64,000 nucleotides of DNA from the human T2T-CHM13v2.0 reference genome, Homo sapiens, in NCBI RefSeq assembly GCF_009914755.1, contig NC_060948.1, one strand, 5' to 3'. The translations under genes were made by a program, and so were the position numbers. Every line of letters begins with the position of its first letter. Within the stretch, counting starts at the first letter, position 1. The notes under the pieces are model-generated. The model was not told the DNA's origin and made no database searches. It worked only from the letters and a program-made list of their open reading frames with translations. This document shows positions 34,046 to 47,740 of the stretch, piece after piece.

Positions 34046-34340
34046 ATGCCTATAATCTCAGCACTTCTTGAGGCCAAGGCAGGCAGACCACTTGAGTTCA
34101 GACATTTGAGACATGTCCAGGCAACATGGCAAACCTTTGTCTCTACCAAAAAATACAAAAAGTTAGCCAGAGATGATAGCTGAGTCTAAGGTGGAGGATC
34201 AGTTCAGCTTGGCAGTTAGAGGCTGCAGCGAGCCAGGATGGCAATTCCGCACTTCAGGCTGGGAAAAAGAATGAGACCCTGTCTCCAGAAAAAAAAAAAA
34301 AAAAAAAAAAAAAAGAAGAAGAAGAAGAAAAGGAATAAGA
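34046..34340 (+). mobile_element. Old Alu (AluJ-like), partly deleted, with A/(GAA) tail
   Basis: GCCTATAATCTCAGCACTT...GAGGCTGCAGCGAGCC...GAGACCCTGTCTC then poly(A). Confidence 0.85.
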
Positions 34341-34703
34341 GTTGAAATTTTTTATGTCCTGTGATAAACCTCAGTATTGTGTAACATTGTCTTTTCATTT
34401 TGTTTACTGCTACAATTTAAGAACTTTACTTAAAAACAATTTGGGAAGGTTACTAGGTACAATATTTGAAGAAGCAACAGAACTATACCCCGATGGTCAA
34501 TGAGTCAACTATATGACTTACAAGCAAAGCATCCCTGACAACTTTAAAAAGAGAAAGAATAAAAGATCTGGCAAAGTGTGGTGGCTTAGGATTTTTAGTG
34601 TTCGATTTTTTTTTTAATTTAAGAAATCCCTTTTTACTCTTAGATTAATTATAATTTATAACAATTTAATAGGTTATAGTTTTTTAAATAGAAGTGAAAC
34701 ACT

Positions 34704-35320
34704 TGTAAAAAAAAATAACTCTCACGTCCCCCCACCCACCACAGTCATCTGAATGGACCCCTCCTTTTGACCAAAGGCATTCCAAAAGTGGTTCAGTTCC
34801 CGACAAGAAAGAGGGACACACATGATTCATTACACGCTCCTCCCTTTTGAACTTTAGAAAAAGTTGACCATCATTAACAGCAATGCATACCTTAAGTCTG
34901 ATAAGGAATATTTACCTTCTATTCTCTCAAGCCTGCTACATGGAGGCTTCATCATCATGATAAAACTTTGGTCTCTACAGTCCTTACTATTTATTGTAAC
35001 CCAGTCATCCCTATCTGTTGATTTTATGTTTTTAGATAATAACTTAACTCTTTCAGCCAACTGCCAATGAAAACATATTTAAATCTACCTGTAACTTGAA
35101 AGTGCAGCCCCATCGCTATTTTCAAGTTGTCCATCCTTTCTTGACCAAACTAATGTACATCTTACATGTGTTTGACTGATGTCTCATGTCTCCTGAAAAT
35201 GCATAAATATAGACTGTGCACACACCACCTGGGGCACATGTTCTCAAGATCTCCTGAGTATGGCTGTGTCATGGACCATTTGTCACTGATATTTGGCTCA
35301 GAATTCTTCAATTAATTTTA
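34704..35320 (+). mobile_element. ERV1 LTR, MER4-group (MER4D/E-like)
   Basis: TGTAAAAAAAAATAA...CTGAATGGACCCCTCC...CCAAAGGCATTCCAAAAG...GGGCACATGTTCTCAAGATCTCCTGAG...ATATTTGGCTCAGAA. Confidence 0.75.
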
Positions 35321-36079
35321 TGTTTTAATATCAAAGGTTGATACTGTTAGTATATCTCAGCTAATGTAGGATGTCAACCTTTATAAAGTAGACATTTTCA
35401 TCACCATTACAAATCCACTCTCAATTAAACTGTGATTGTCTCAGGAAAAGAAAAAATGTTGTTAACCGGGCATATACCATATATTTAAACTTAAATAATA
35501 ATTCAGCTTCTAATATGCCTACTTAAAATTTTTTCTATATTGTTTCAACTACTTTAGTTCTCTAAGAAAAATGAGTCATTAAAGCATGAAAAAAGTGTTG
35601 TTGGAGGTTGTGATGTCTCCCCTGACCTCAGCCTGTCATAGTAGTTCCACTCAGCACCTCTCCTTTCTCTGTAACAGAATCTCCGCCAGAAACAAGCTCA
35701 GATCATCTGCAAACCACACTTTGGTAGCTGTGACAATGCGTGGTCACTGCCTCGCTCAAGGGACACTTTCGTAAAGTCAGAATTGGAGGCCAGGGCTGGG
35801 AAGTAAGGCTCAGAGCAGTGACCCTCCTCAGTTCTGGGTGCTGCAGACAGGGGGTCTTTTCCTCACCTGTCCACCAGATGTCTGAATGCCATGTCCTCTC
35901 CTGGGAGGGTCCTGAGGAGACGTCTTTATTCTCACCTGGTCGTAGCACCAGATGTCTTGTAGCAACGGCCACTCCTGGACATGTCCAGAAGAGAAAGAGA
36001 CTTCATCTTCATGGTGGACGCGACCCCAGGTGGGCCAAAGCTGCGGCCACTCTTGGGCGGGTCCTGAGATGAAGGAGGC

Positions 36080-36351
36080 TTAGTCTTCACTACGAACGTG
36101 CCTCAGGTGTCCCCAGGTACCCTGAAACCACGGCCTCTCTCCGGTGTGTCTTGAGGAGAAGGAAGTGCTATCCGAGGCACTGTGAGGACACCCTGCTCCT
36201 CAGAGAGTTTGTTTGCGGGCTCTGCATGCTCAGTGCGTAGGCTCCGTGCACCCTCTGGTGGTAGCCTGGGAAAATTTCTGAAATTCGGGGTGGGTTAATC
36301 CAGGCGACAGTCTCAGGAAGTGGAAGTGAAATAGAGCCAACCTTCCCAAAC
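36080..36351 (-). pseudogene. PRY: PRY pseudogene, last coding exon
   Basis: FGKVGSISLPLPETVAWINPPRISEIFPGYHQRVHGAYALS...TNSLRSRVSSQCLG* versus recalled PRY YGKVGCISLPLREMTAWINPPQISEIFQGYHQRVHGADALSLQTNSLRSRLSSQCLGQ. AG acceptor at 36353-36352. Premature TAG at 36168. Ancestral stop after ..ED at 36080. Confidence 0.9.
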
Positions 36352-36592
36352 CTTGAATGGGGATTAAAAAGAAGCAAAGGAGACGATCAATAGATAAAAC
36401 TCAACTGATTTTTTGTCTATCAGCAATCATGAATAGAAATCATTGGAATTTGAAATATTAAAACACCACTTACAATACTACCCAAAAAATTGAGTCCTTT
36501 AAGTATAAATGTAACAAAATATGCAGAATTCATTCAGTAAACAATAAGTCACCTTTGAGAGAAATCAACAGAAATATTAGTAAATGCAGAGA

Positions 36593-36877
36593 GTCCTGGC
36601 ATGTTGGCAGACGCCTGTAATCCCAGCACTTTGGGAGGCTGCCACAGGCAGATCACTTGAGCCAATGAGTCGGAGACCAGCCTGGGGAACAGGGTGAAAC
36701 TCCAACTCTACCAAAAATACAAAAAAAAATAAGCTGAGCTTGGTGGGCACGCCTGTGTTCCCAGCTACTTGGGTCATTGAAGTGGGAGAATCTCAGTGAG
36801 TTGAGATGGTGCTACTGCACTCCAACATGGGTGACACAACTCTTTTTCAATAAATAAATAAATAAATAAATAAATAA
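36593..36877 (+). mobile_element. Old Alu (AluJ-like) with (TAAA)n tail, inside L1M fragments
   Basis: CGCCTGTAATCCCAGCACTTTGGGAGGC...CTGCACTCCAACATGGGTGACA. Confidence 0.88.
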
Positions 36878-37435
36878 AGAGACGTTTCTTGTTCTGGAGA
36901 AGTACATTTATGGTTATTTCAGACATATCCCAATCAAATTCCAGGTAAATATATCAACAAACTCTTCCTAAACCTAGAATAGATGAAATAAGACTAAAGA
37001 AGAACAAAGCTAAAGGAATTACACATCTGGATATGAATATTTACACTAAAGCTAATGTAATAAAGAAGAGTGTGGCATTCATAATTTAACAGACCAGCAG
37101 ATAAGTGGAAGAGAATAGCCCCCAAACTGTCCCAAGTCAACTGATTTTGTCAAAAATGCGAAGAATATTCTTTGGAAAAGATAAAGCTGTTTCACAAGTG
37201 TCAAGAAAACTGCTGGAAACTATATGGAAACAAATGAACATAGACAAAAATTTTATAGTTAAAAAATTAGTCAAAAATACCCATACTTTAAATCTTTTCA
37301 CTGCAAAGTTGTAATTGGAAAGTATCTTCATGGGCCTGGTTTTGGTAATTATTTATTAGCAAGTCCATGAAAGAAAAAAATGGATAATATGAACTTTATT
37401 AAAAGATGAAATGTCTTATCTGTAAAACACCCTGT

Positions 37436-37693
37436 TACTTTTGAAGGTCAAAGCGGACAGATCACCTGAGGACAGGAGTTGCAGGTCAGCATCGTATACA
37501 TGGTGAAGTCACGTCTGTACTAAAAATAAAAAAATTTAACTGGGATTTCTGGTGTATGCCGGTAATCCTAGATGCTTAGGAGTCTGAGCAAGGAGAATCC
37601 TTTGAACTTGGGAGGTGGGGATTGCGGTGAGGCTGGTTCGGGTCATTGCACTCCAGGCTGGGTGACAAAATGAGACATCACCTCAAAAAAAAA
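37436..37693 (+). mobile_element. 5'-truncated Alu (AluS-like)
   Basis: CAGATCACCTGAGGACAGGAGTT...TTGCACTCCAGGCTGGGTGACA then poly(A). Confidence 0.85.
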
Positions 37694-40600
37694 TAAGTGA
37701 AATCCGGTAAAGAGAACCAAAAAGCCAGCCACAGATAGAAAAATTTAGCAAACTAATCTGAAAAGCGACTTGTATGTACAATATACGAGGATACCCTAAA
37801 ACTCAAAAAGATAAGCAACCCAATTTCAAGGTAAAACCTGAGTAGATACATCACTAAGGAAGATACAGAGATGGAAAACAGGCAGGCACACCAAACACTG
37901 TTTGCGGAAAGCCTGCTGATTCTGCTGAAGGCTGAGACTCCAAGCCATCCATGGGGAGCAGCAGTGGCTGCCAGAGGGGCAGTGGCTCCAAATACCGCCC
38001 CCACCTACCCCACTTCCGCCCTTCTTCCAGGGTCCAAGGGTCCCCAAGGCCTTGGGCATGCTCTCCTAGAAAGAGCCTGAAGCTGGATACTTTGTTTCTC
38101 GGCTTTTCTTAAAGTTCTGGAGGCTGCCAGATATCCTTAGGTTGGAAGTTTTATTTTGATCCTGAGCACCTTGCGGTACTGACAAGCATTAGGAGAGTTG
38201 GTTTTTAATCTACACTTGTCTTCATCAACAGATAAAAAAATTGGCTCCAATTGCTTTCTAGTAAATTCTTTTAAAATGTTTGGTACAACATATTTTTATT
38301 TTGCTTTCCTAGAGACACAAAGCACAAAGTATTAAGTAAAAGCCATATATGGAATAATCATAAATTCATGGATACTATTTAGTTGGTCATTTAACTTGAC
38401 TATTTTTTATTATAATTTAACTTCTAGGATACATGTGCAGAACAGGCAGATTTGTTACATTGGTGTACATGTGCCACCGTGGTTTGCTGCACCCATCAAC
38501 CCATCATCTAAGTTTTAAGCCCTGCATGCATTAGGTATTTGTCCTGATGATCTCCTTCCGCTTACCCCCTACTCCCTGACAGGCCCCATTGTGTCCTCAT
38601 TGTTCCATTCCCACTTATGCATGAGAATAGGTAGTGTTTGCTTTTCTGTTCCTGTGTTAGCTTGCTGAGAATAATTGTTTCCAGCTCCATTCATGTCCCT
38701 GAAAAGGACATGAACTTATTCTTTTTCATGGCTGCATAGTATCCCATGGTATATATGTTCCACATTTTCTTTATCCAATCCATAATTGATGGGTATTTGG
38801 GTTTGTTCCATGTCTTTTTTGTGTCTGAATAGTGCTGCAGTAAATGTAAATGTGCATGTTTCCTTATGTAGAATGATTTATAATCCTCTGGAGGCACACC
38901 ACATAATGGGATTGCTGGGTCAAATGGTATTTCTGGTTACAGATCTTTGAAGAATCACCATACTGTCTTCCACAATGATTTAACTAATTTGTACTAACAC
39001 CAGCAGTATAGAGCATTCCTCTTTCTCCACATCTTCACCAGAACCTGTTGTTTCCTGACTTTTTAATGGTCACCATTCTGACCGGTGTGAGATTGTATCT
39101 CATTGTGGTTTTGATGTGCATTTCTCTAATGACCAGTGATGCTAAGCTTTTTTTTATATATGTTTGTTTGCTGATTAAATATCTTCCTTTGGGAAATGTC
39201 TGTTCATATCCTTTGCCCACTTTTTGATGGGATTTGTTTTTTATTTTGTTGTAAGTTTTTTTAAATTTCTTGTAGGTTTTTGATATTAGACTTTTTTCAG
39301 ATAGATAGGTTGAAAAAATGTTCTCACATTTTGTATGTTGCCTGTTCACTCTGATGATATTTTCTTTTGCTGTGGGGAGCTCTTTAGATTAATTAGGTCC
39401 CATTTGTCAATTTTGGACGGTGTTGCAATTGTTTTTTGGTCTTTTTGCCATGAAGTTTTTGTCCATGCCTATATCCTGAATGGTATTGTGTAGATTTTCT
39501 TCTAGGGTGTTTAGGGTTTTAGGTTTTACGTTTAAGTCTTTTAGTTCATCTTGAGTTAATTATGTGGTGTGAGAAAGGGATCTAGTTTCAGGTTTCTCCA
39601 TATGGCTAGCCAGTTTTCCCATACCAGGGAATTCTTCCCCAGTTGCTTGTTTATTCAGGCTTGTCAAAGATCAGATCATTGTAGATGTGTGAATTACTTT
39701 AAGCAGCATGGTCACTTTCATGATATTGATTCTTCTTATTCATGAACATGATATTTTTGTGTCCTCTCTTTGAGCACTGGTTTGTAGTTCTCCATAAAGA
39801 AGTCCTTCATATTTCTTGTAATTTTTATTCTTAGTTATTTTTTTCTTTGGAGAAATTGTGAATTTGAGGTCAGTCATGATTTGATTCTCTGTTTTTCTAT
39901 TATTGGTGTATAGAAATACTTGTGATTTTTGCACATTGATTTTGTAGCCTGAGATTGCTGGAGTTGCTTATAAGCTTAAGCAAACTCATACAAAAGACAA
40001 GTTTCTTGTCTACTGCTAAGTAGTTTTAGAGGTGAGATACTGGGGTATTCTAAATATACAACTATGTCCTCTAAAAACAGGGAAAATTTGATTTCCTTTA
40101 TTTTTATTTGAATACCCTTTATTTGCTTCTCTTGTCTGATTGCCCTGGGTGGAACTTTCCACTCTATGTTGAATACGAGTGGTGAGAGAAGCCATCCTTG
40201 TCTTGTGCCTTGTGTTCTGTGTTTTCAAAGAAAATGTTTCCAGCTTTTGCCCATTCAGTATAATATTGCCTATGGGTTTGTCACAAATAATTCTCGTTAG
40301 TTTCTGATACATTCCATCGATACCTGGTATATTGAGTGTTTTTAGTGGGAAGGGATGTTGAATTTTATCTAAGGCCTTTTCTGCAACGAGAGAGAAAATT
40401 ATGTGGTTTTTGTCTTTGGTTCTCTTTATGTGATGAATTACGTTTGTTGATTTGTATATGTTAAAACCAGCCTTGCTCGTTGGAGCTGATCTGATCGTGA
40501 TGGATAAGCTTTTTGATGTGTTGCTGGATTCAGTTTGCCAGTATTTTATTGTGAATATTCACATTGATGGTCATCGGGAATACTGGCCTATTTTTTTTTT

Positions 40601-41224
40601 TTTTTTTTTTTTTTGGTTTCTGACAGGTTTTGGTATTAAGATGATGCTGGCCTCATAAAATAAGTTCAGGAGGAGTCCCTCTCTTTCTATTGTTTGGAAT
40701 AGTTTCAGAAGTAAATGACACCAGCTTTTCTTTGTACCTCTGGTAGAAGTAGTCTGTGAATCTGTCTGGTCTGGGCATTTTTTGGTTGGTAGGCTATTAC
40801 TGCCTCAACTTTAGAATCTGTTGGTCTCTTCAGGGATTCTACTTTTTCCTGGTTTAGTCTTGCAGAAGTGTATGTGTCCAGGAATTTACTTATTTCTTAT
40901 AGATTTTTTGCTTTATTTACATAGAGGTGTTTACAGTATTCTCTGATGGTAGTTTGTATTTATGTGGGATCAGTTTTTACATCCCCATTATCCTTTTTTA
41001 ATATGTCTAATTGATTCTTTTCTTTTTTTTCTTTATTAGTCTGGCTAGCAGTGTATCTATTTTGTTAATCTTTACAAAAAACAAACAAACAAACAAAAAT
41101 GCTCCTGGATTCATGAGGGATTTTCCTGACTCTATCACCTTCAGTTACGTTCTTATCTCAGTTATTTCTTTTTTTGTCTCAGTTTTTGGATATGTTTGTT
41201 CTTGCTTCTCCAGCTCTTTTGCTT

Positions 41225-41551
41225 TCTTTCTTCCTTTTTTTAATTTTTTTTTTTTTTTTTGAGAAGGTGTCTTGCTCTGTCATGCACACTGGAGTGGAGT
41301 GGTGCTACCTCAGCTCACTGTGGTTTTTATCTTTTCTGTTCAAGAGATTATCTCAACTCAGCTTCCTACGTATCCTGGATTACAGGTGTGAGCCCCCATG
41401 CCAGGCTTTCTTTTTCTTTGTATTTTCTGTGGAGATGGAGTTTCATCATGTTTGTTGGCTAGGCTAGTCTTGAACTCTTGAACTCAGGTGACCTGCCTGG
41501 CACAACTTCCCAAAGTGCTGAAATATCAGGCATGAGCCACTATGTCTGTCC
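41225..41551 (-). mobile_element. Alu (AluS-like) inserted in L1
   Basis: T-rich tail then GAGAAGGTGTCTTGCTCTG...CCCAAAGTGCTG...CATGAGCCAC. Confidence 0.9.
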
Positions 41552-42645
41552 CTCTAGTTTTTTTCATTGTGATTTTATGGTGTTGATTTTAGATCTTTCC
41601 CACTTTTGATGTGGGCATTTAGTGCTATAAATTTCTCTCTTAACACTGCGTTAGCTGTGTCCTAGAGATTGTGGTAGGTTGTGTCTTTGTTCTCATTGAT
41701 TTTAAACGGCTTCTTTCTTTGTTTCTTAATTTTGTTATTTATCCAGTGGTCAATCAGGAGCAGGTTTTACAGTTCCCATGTAATTTTGCAGTTTTGAATA
41801 AGTTTCTTAATCCTGAGTTCTAATTTTATTCCACTCTGGTGCGAGAGACTGTTTGTTTTGATTTCCATTCTTTTGCATTTGCTGAGGAGTGTTTTGCCTC
41901 CAGTTATGTGGTCAATTTTACAATAAGTGCTACGTGGTGATGAGAAGAATGTATATTCTGTTGATTTGGGGTGGAGACGTCTGTAGATGTCTATTAGCTC
42001 TGCTTGGTCAAGGGCTGAGTTCACGTCCTGAGTATTCTTGTTAAAGTTCTGTCTCATTTATCAGCGTAATATTGATAGTAGGGTGTTAAAGTCTCCTGTT
42101 ATAATTGTGTGTGAATCTAAGTCTGTGTAAGTCTCTAAGAACTTGCTTTTTAATCTGAGTGCTCCTGTATTAGGTTCATATACATTTAGGATTGTTAGCT
42201 GTGCTGGTTGCACTGATTCCTTACCATTACGCAACTCCCTACTTTGTCTTTTATGATCTATGTTGGCTTAAAGTTTGCCTTAGGATAGACTACGATTTCA
42301 AGCCCTGCTTTTTTTTTTTTTTTTTTTTTTTTTTTTTGGTAACTTTCCATTTGCTTGGTAAATATTCCTCCATCCTTTTATTTTGAGCCTATGTGTGTCT
42401 TCACCCATGAGATGGTTCTCCTCAATATAGCATACCGAAGGGTCTTGACTCTTTATCCAATTTGCCAATCTGTGTACTTTAATTGGCAAATTTATTTCAT
42501 TTACATTTAGGGTTAATATTCTTATGTGTCAATTTGATCCTGGCATGGGAATGTTAGCTGGTTGTTTTGGATATTAGTTGATCCACTTTCTTCATAGAGT
42601 TGTTGGTCTTTATATTTTGCTATTTTTTTCAGTGGTGAGTACCGA

Positions 42646-42956
42646 TTTTCTTTTGTTTTGTTTTTTGTTTTTTGAGACAGAGTTTCACTCTGTTGGCCAG
42701 GCTGGAGTGCAGTAGCGTGACCTTGGCTCACTGCAAGCTCCGCCTCCTGGGTTTCTGCCATTCTGCCTCAGCCTCCCGTGAGTCTGAGTAGCTGGGACTA
42801 CAGGCACCCACCAACACAGCCGGCTATTTTTTTTGTATTTTTAGTAGTGACAGGGTTTCACTGTGCTAGCCAGGATGGTCTCCATCTTCTGACCTCATGA
42901 TCTGCCCACCTACGCCTCCCGAAATGCTGAGATTACATGCGTGAGCCACTGCACCA
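42646..42956 (-). mobile_element. AluY-like element inserted in L1
   Basis: CTCACTGCAAGCTCCGCCTCCTGGG and AGCCAGGATGGTCTC are AluY-type. TSD GGTGAGTACCG at 42634-42644 and 42957-42967. Confidence 0.92.
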
Positions 42957-45609
42957 GGTGAGTACCGGTATTTTCTTTCCATATTTAGTGCTTTCTTTAG
43001 GAGCTCTTCTAAGGCAGGCATGGTGGTGACAAAACCATCTACATTTTGTTATCTGTAACAATTTTATTTTTATTTTGCTCATAAAGCTTAGTTTGGATTA
43101 ATATAAAATTCTAGGTTGAAATTGTTTTCTTTAGGGTTGTTTTATATTGACTCCACTCTCTTCTGGCTTGTAGGGTTTCTGCAGAGAGATCCTCTGTTAG
43201 TCTGATGGGCTTCCCTTTGTAGATAACCTGACCTGTCTGTCTGGCTGTCCTTAACATTTTTTCTTTTTGTTCAACCTTGGAGAATCTGACAGTCATATGT
43301 CTGTTGCTCTTCTCAGCGAGTATCTTAGTGGTGTTATCTGTACTTCCTGAATTTGAATGTTGGCCTGTCTTGTTCCATTGGGAAGTTCTCCTGGATGATG
43401 TCTTGAAGTGTGTTTTCAAACTTGGTTCCATTTTTCCCATCACTTTCAGGTACACCAATCAATTATAGGTTTGGTCTTTTGACATACTCCCATATTTCTT
43501 GGAGGCTTTGTTTGTTGCTTTTCATTCATTTTTCTCTAATCTTGTCTTCATGCTTTATCTCATTAAGTCGATCTTCCATCTTTGATAATCTTTCTTCCTC
43601 TTCATTGATTCATCTATTAATACTTGTTTTTGCTTCACAATGTTTCTTGCACTGTGTTTTTCAGCTCTATGCGGTCATATACGTTCTTCTGTAAACTGGT
43701 TATTTTAGTTAGCAGCTCCTGTAACGTTTTATCAAGGCTTTTACCTTACTTGCATTGGTTTAGAACATACTCCTTTAGCTTAGAGAATTTTGTTATTACT
43801 GACCTTCTGAAGCCTACTTCTGCCAACTCATCAACCTCATTCTCCATCCACCTTTGTGCCCTTGCTGGAGAGGAGTTGCGATCATTTGGAGTTGAAGAGG
43901 CATTCTAATTTTTTGAATTTTCAGCTGTTTTGTGCTGGCTATTCCTCATTTTTCGTGGATTTATCTACCTGGGATCTTTGATACTGAATGTCTTTGGACT
44001 GGGATTTTGTGTGAGAGTCCTTTTTGTTGATGTTGATGTTGATGTCACTGTTTCCTGTTTGTTAGTTTTTCTTCTAACAGTCAGGCATCTCTTCTGCAGG
44101 TCTGCTACAGTTTGCTGGTCTACTTCAGTTGCTGTTTGCCTGGGTATCACCATATGAAGTTGCACAACAGCAATGATTGGAAGTTTTGACTCAGAGTGAT
44201 ACCTGGCTGGTGCCAGCTAGAGCTTTTCTCTATGAAGTGTCTGTTGACCCCTGCGGGAAAGGGTCTCCTAGTCAGGAGGCACAGGTGTCAGGGGCAAACT
44301 TGAAAAGCCAGTCTGCCCTGAGCAGAGCTTGAGCACTGTCCTGGGAGATACACTGCTCTCTTCAGTGCAAGCAGGCAGGAGTCTTTAAGTCTGCTGAAGT
44401 TGCACTCACAGCCATCCCTTTTCTCAGGTGTTCTGTCCCAGGGAGTTGGGAGTTTTACATATAAGTCTCTGACTCAGGCTGCTGCCTTTCTTTCAGAGAT
44501 GCCCTACCCAGTGAGGAGGAATCTAGAGAGCCAATGTGGCCACACCTGCTTTGCATGCTTCTGTGAGTTCCATGCAGCCCAAATTTCCTGGCAGTTTTCT
44601 TAACACTCTGAGGGGAAAACCTTACGCTCAAGTCTCAGTAATTGTGGTCGAACCTCTCCCCACCGAGCTTTATCATTCTAGGTTGACTTCAGGCTTCTAT
44701 GTAGGTAGTGAGAACTTGAAGCCAGTGGATCTCAGCTTGCTGTGCTCCATGGAAGTGGGGCCTGCTCAGTGGGACCACTTGGCTCCCTGGCTTCAGCCCC
44801 TTTCCAGGGGGGTGACTGGTTTTGTCTCACTGGTGTTCCAGGTGCCACTAGGGTATGAAAATTATTTTGCAGCTAGCTCAGCCTCTGTGAAAGCAGCCAC
44901 CCAGTTTTGTGCTTGAAACCCAGTTCTGTGGTTGTACAGGCACACTAGGGAATCTCCTGGTCTGTGCGTCGTAAGAACCATGGGGAAACTGCAGGTTATG
45001 GGCTTGATAGCACAGCCCCTGATTGCTTTCCATGGTTAAAGAAGGAAGTTTTCAGCCCCTTACACTTCCTGAGTGAGGCAACACTCACCCTACTTCTGCT
45101 TGCCTTTTGTGGGCTGCACTCAATGTCTAACCACGTCCAGTGAGATGAACTGGGTAATTCAGGTGGAAATGCAGAAATCAACTGTCCTTTGTGTTTGTCT
45201 CACTGGGAGCTGCAGATCAGAGCTGTTACTTTTCTACCATATTGCCAGATGCCGACCAGTTTTTATTCTTATTTACAGTGTGCACTGTTGAAATTACCAG
45301 AAGTTTCACTTGTAATGTCTAAAAGCAAAAAGGAAAAGAACAGTGAGAAATGTTTTAATAAATTAATCTCTGTATTCAAATGTCAATCAAAAGCAGTGCC
45401 ATGTCGCAAAAGGTGAAGGAAAATGAGCAGACCAAAAACAAGTGAATTGACATTTTGGTTCACTTTTGAAAAAGCAGGTTTAAGAAGGTAAACCTCCAGA
45501 TTTCTAATCTGTATCAAGTATTAAGCATTGCAAAGTATGTACTGAAATTTTTTCAATTTTCACAGAAACTAATTTGTACTCTAGAAATTCCTGTTATTGC
45601 TTTGATATC

Positions 45610-45957
45610 TGTTGGGGTTCAGTCAAGATGGTGGGGAAAATTAGCAGATACAAACCTTCTTGCAAGGCCTAGGGAGTTGACATAAGCTCCAGTAATAAAC
45701 TTGGCTGAAAATGGCCTTTTCCCTTTAGTTAAGTAAGTTAGAGTAGAAACACACTAAAGTGGGGTGTTTATCTAACTAGCTTGCTTACTCATACGGTCCT
45801 AAGATTAATGGTTGACTTAGTACAGTGCTAAATTGCTTTCTAATTGGGAATTCCACACTGTCAATTACCCTTTAGTGGTGTTGACTTGAGCCTTGGTCAA
45901 TTATTCTTTACCAAATAAATGTGAGTCTCACTAGCTGGTTGGGGCCACAGTCAAAGC
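45610..45957 (+). mobile_element. ERVK LTR fragment, LTR22 (HML-5)-like, 3'-truncated at an Alu 3' fragment (45958-46033)
   Basis: TGTTGGGGTTCAGTCAAGATGGTGGGGAAAATT...AAACCTTCTTGCAAGGCC...CCAAATAAATGTGAGTCTCACTAGCTGG. Confidence 0.7.
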
Positions 45958-47219
45958 TCTGCAGTGAGCAGAGACCACACCACTGCACTCCAGCCTGTGC
46001 CACAGAGCAAGACTCCATTTCAAGAAAATAAAAGGCTCCTACTCACTCTGGGACAGAAGGATCTTGTTTTGTTCCACGTGGAACTATTTCAGGATCAGTT
46101 CTCAGGAAGCCTTTATTGTATGTGGTAAAAGTAATATAACATAAAATTTACCAATCTAAACATTTGTGCATGTATCTAAATATTTGTAAGTATGTTTATG
46201 TTATTGTGCAACCCTCACCACCGCTTCACATTCTCACCAGCAATGCACAAGTGTTCCATTTGCTGCAGAAACTCTCCAACTTTCCATTTTTCAAAAACAA
46301 AAAACAAAAAAGACATTCTAGTGGGTATAAAGTGGTAATCCCTCTCCTGCCCCACTCATGCCTGTTTAGATAACTGTAAGACACCGTCTGGCCATTTCCA
46401 GCTCCAGGTCACTTTTTCTATGCTGCCTATCCAGACACCCAGTGATCAGTGATGTCTCCTCAGGGTTTACAAGGTCTTCTGCATCTTGCTCTATTGTAAT
46501 CCAGACCTCAGCATATAATATCCATGTGTCATTCCACTTAAGTAAAGGGAAATTAACATTTTCTGAGCACCGCCACGTGCAGGTGACTTGCTCAGGTGAA
46601 CTCACAGTGACTCTGCCAGGTATGGGTAATCCCACATGTAGAGAAAAGGGCCAAGATCAGGTGATTGAGTGACTCACTTTCAATCACACCACTTCCAAGT
46701 AACTTCAGGTTCCAGCCCCCAGCCAGGTCTCCAGTTGTCATTTAGAAAAAGTTTGTGAGTCACTTGAATGTATGTCCAGGCCACACCCAGTCTTCTTTCT
46801 ATCAATCGAGATGAGCTCCAGGGACAATGGGTGACAAGACACAACCAGTCATCTTTCTTCCATTCAGAGCCATTGTAGGTACTTGATACTCATCAGGAAC
46901 AGTCTCTTATCCCAAAACCTTCTCATACATAGGATGTTTTGAGGGCAATGTGTTACACATGGGTCACAGAAGGCAACTTTAGTGAGGGAATCAAAGCCAG
47001 CATATAGAGAAGGAGCTGGTGATTCCAAGTGTAAAGGAAGGGTGGTATGCTAAGAAGTTATTGCCCTTGAGGATGAAGGAGACAAGAGGTTAGTATGACT
47101 AAATCAGACGGAGCAAGACAGAAAGCAGGGAATGGACAAAACACTTAGCACAAGGCACAGTGGTTCCTTAGCAAGGTCGATGCAGACCTACCATGACATG
47201 ATGTGGCCACTGCCCTCCT

Positions 47220-47740
47220 AGGAATGAATGATGAGAAATGAAGGCGAGTTTACAGGCTATATACATAAATAAATATTCATGACATCCTTATACACAATGT
47301 TCCCAAACCAGGAACCCCAAATGCCCATACACAAAAGAAGGGTGAACAAGCTGTGGCACATCCACACCATGGTGTGTGGCTCGGCATAAAAAGGAATGGA
47401 CTGTTGATGCAATCAGAACAGAGTGACTCTGAAAGTAGTTCTGCCGAATAAAAGAACCCAGATCAGAACGATGCACAAAGATCCAAGTACATACTGTATT
47501 TACATGTAATTCTATAAAATACCACTAAATTTTAGTGAAAGAAGCAGATCTGTGGTACTAGATTGGCCAGGGAGAGATCATTATTGCCAGGAGGAAGGTA
47601 CGTTTTCATGACCTTCATAGCACTTCTGGCCTTGTGGTGAATGAAATACTCACATGGAGAAAACCATCAGTTCTCCTTTCTGCACATGTGCAGTTTACCA
47701 TATGCTGATCACACGTCAATGAAGCTGTTTTTAAATAAGG
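47220..47740 (+). mobile_element. Ancient L1ME-like 3' fragment
   Basis: CCCCAAATGCCCAT...ACAAGCTGTGGCACATCCACACCATGG...GTACATACTGTATTT. Confidence 0.65.

Larger units (their letters stand above)
38412..45253 (-). mobile_element. Near full-length older LINE-1 (L1PA8-like) with internal deletions and two Alu insertions, in a PRY pseudo-intron
   Basis: 3' end TTATTATAATTTAACTTCTAGGATACATGTGCAG at ~38410. ORF2/ORF1 peptide remnants on -. 5'UTR ends ~45253. Degenerate TSD GACTATTTTTTATT (38398-38411) / GACCAGTTTTTATT (45254-45267). Confidence 0.92.
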
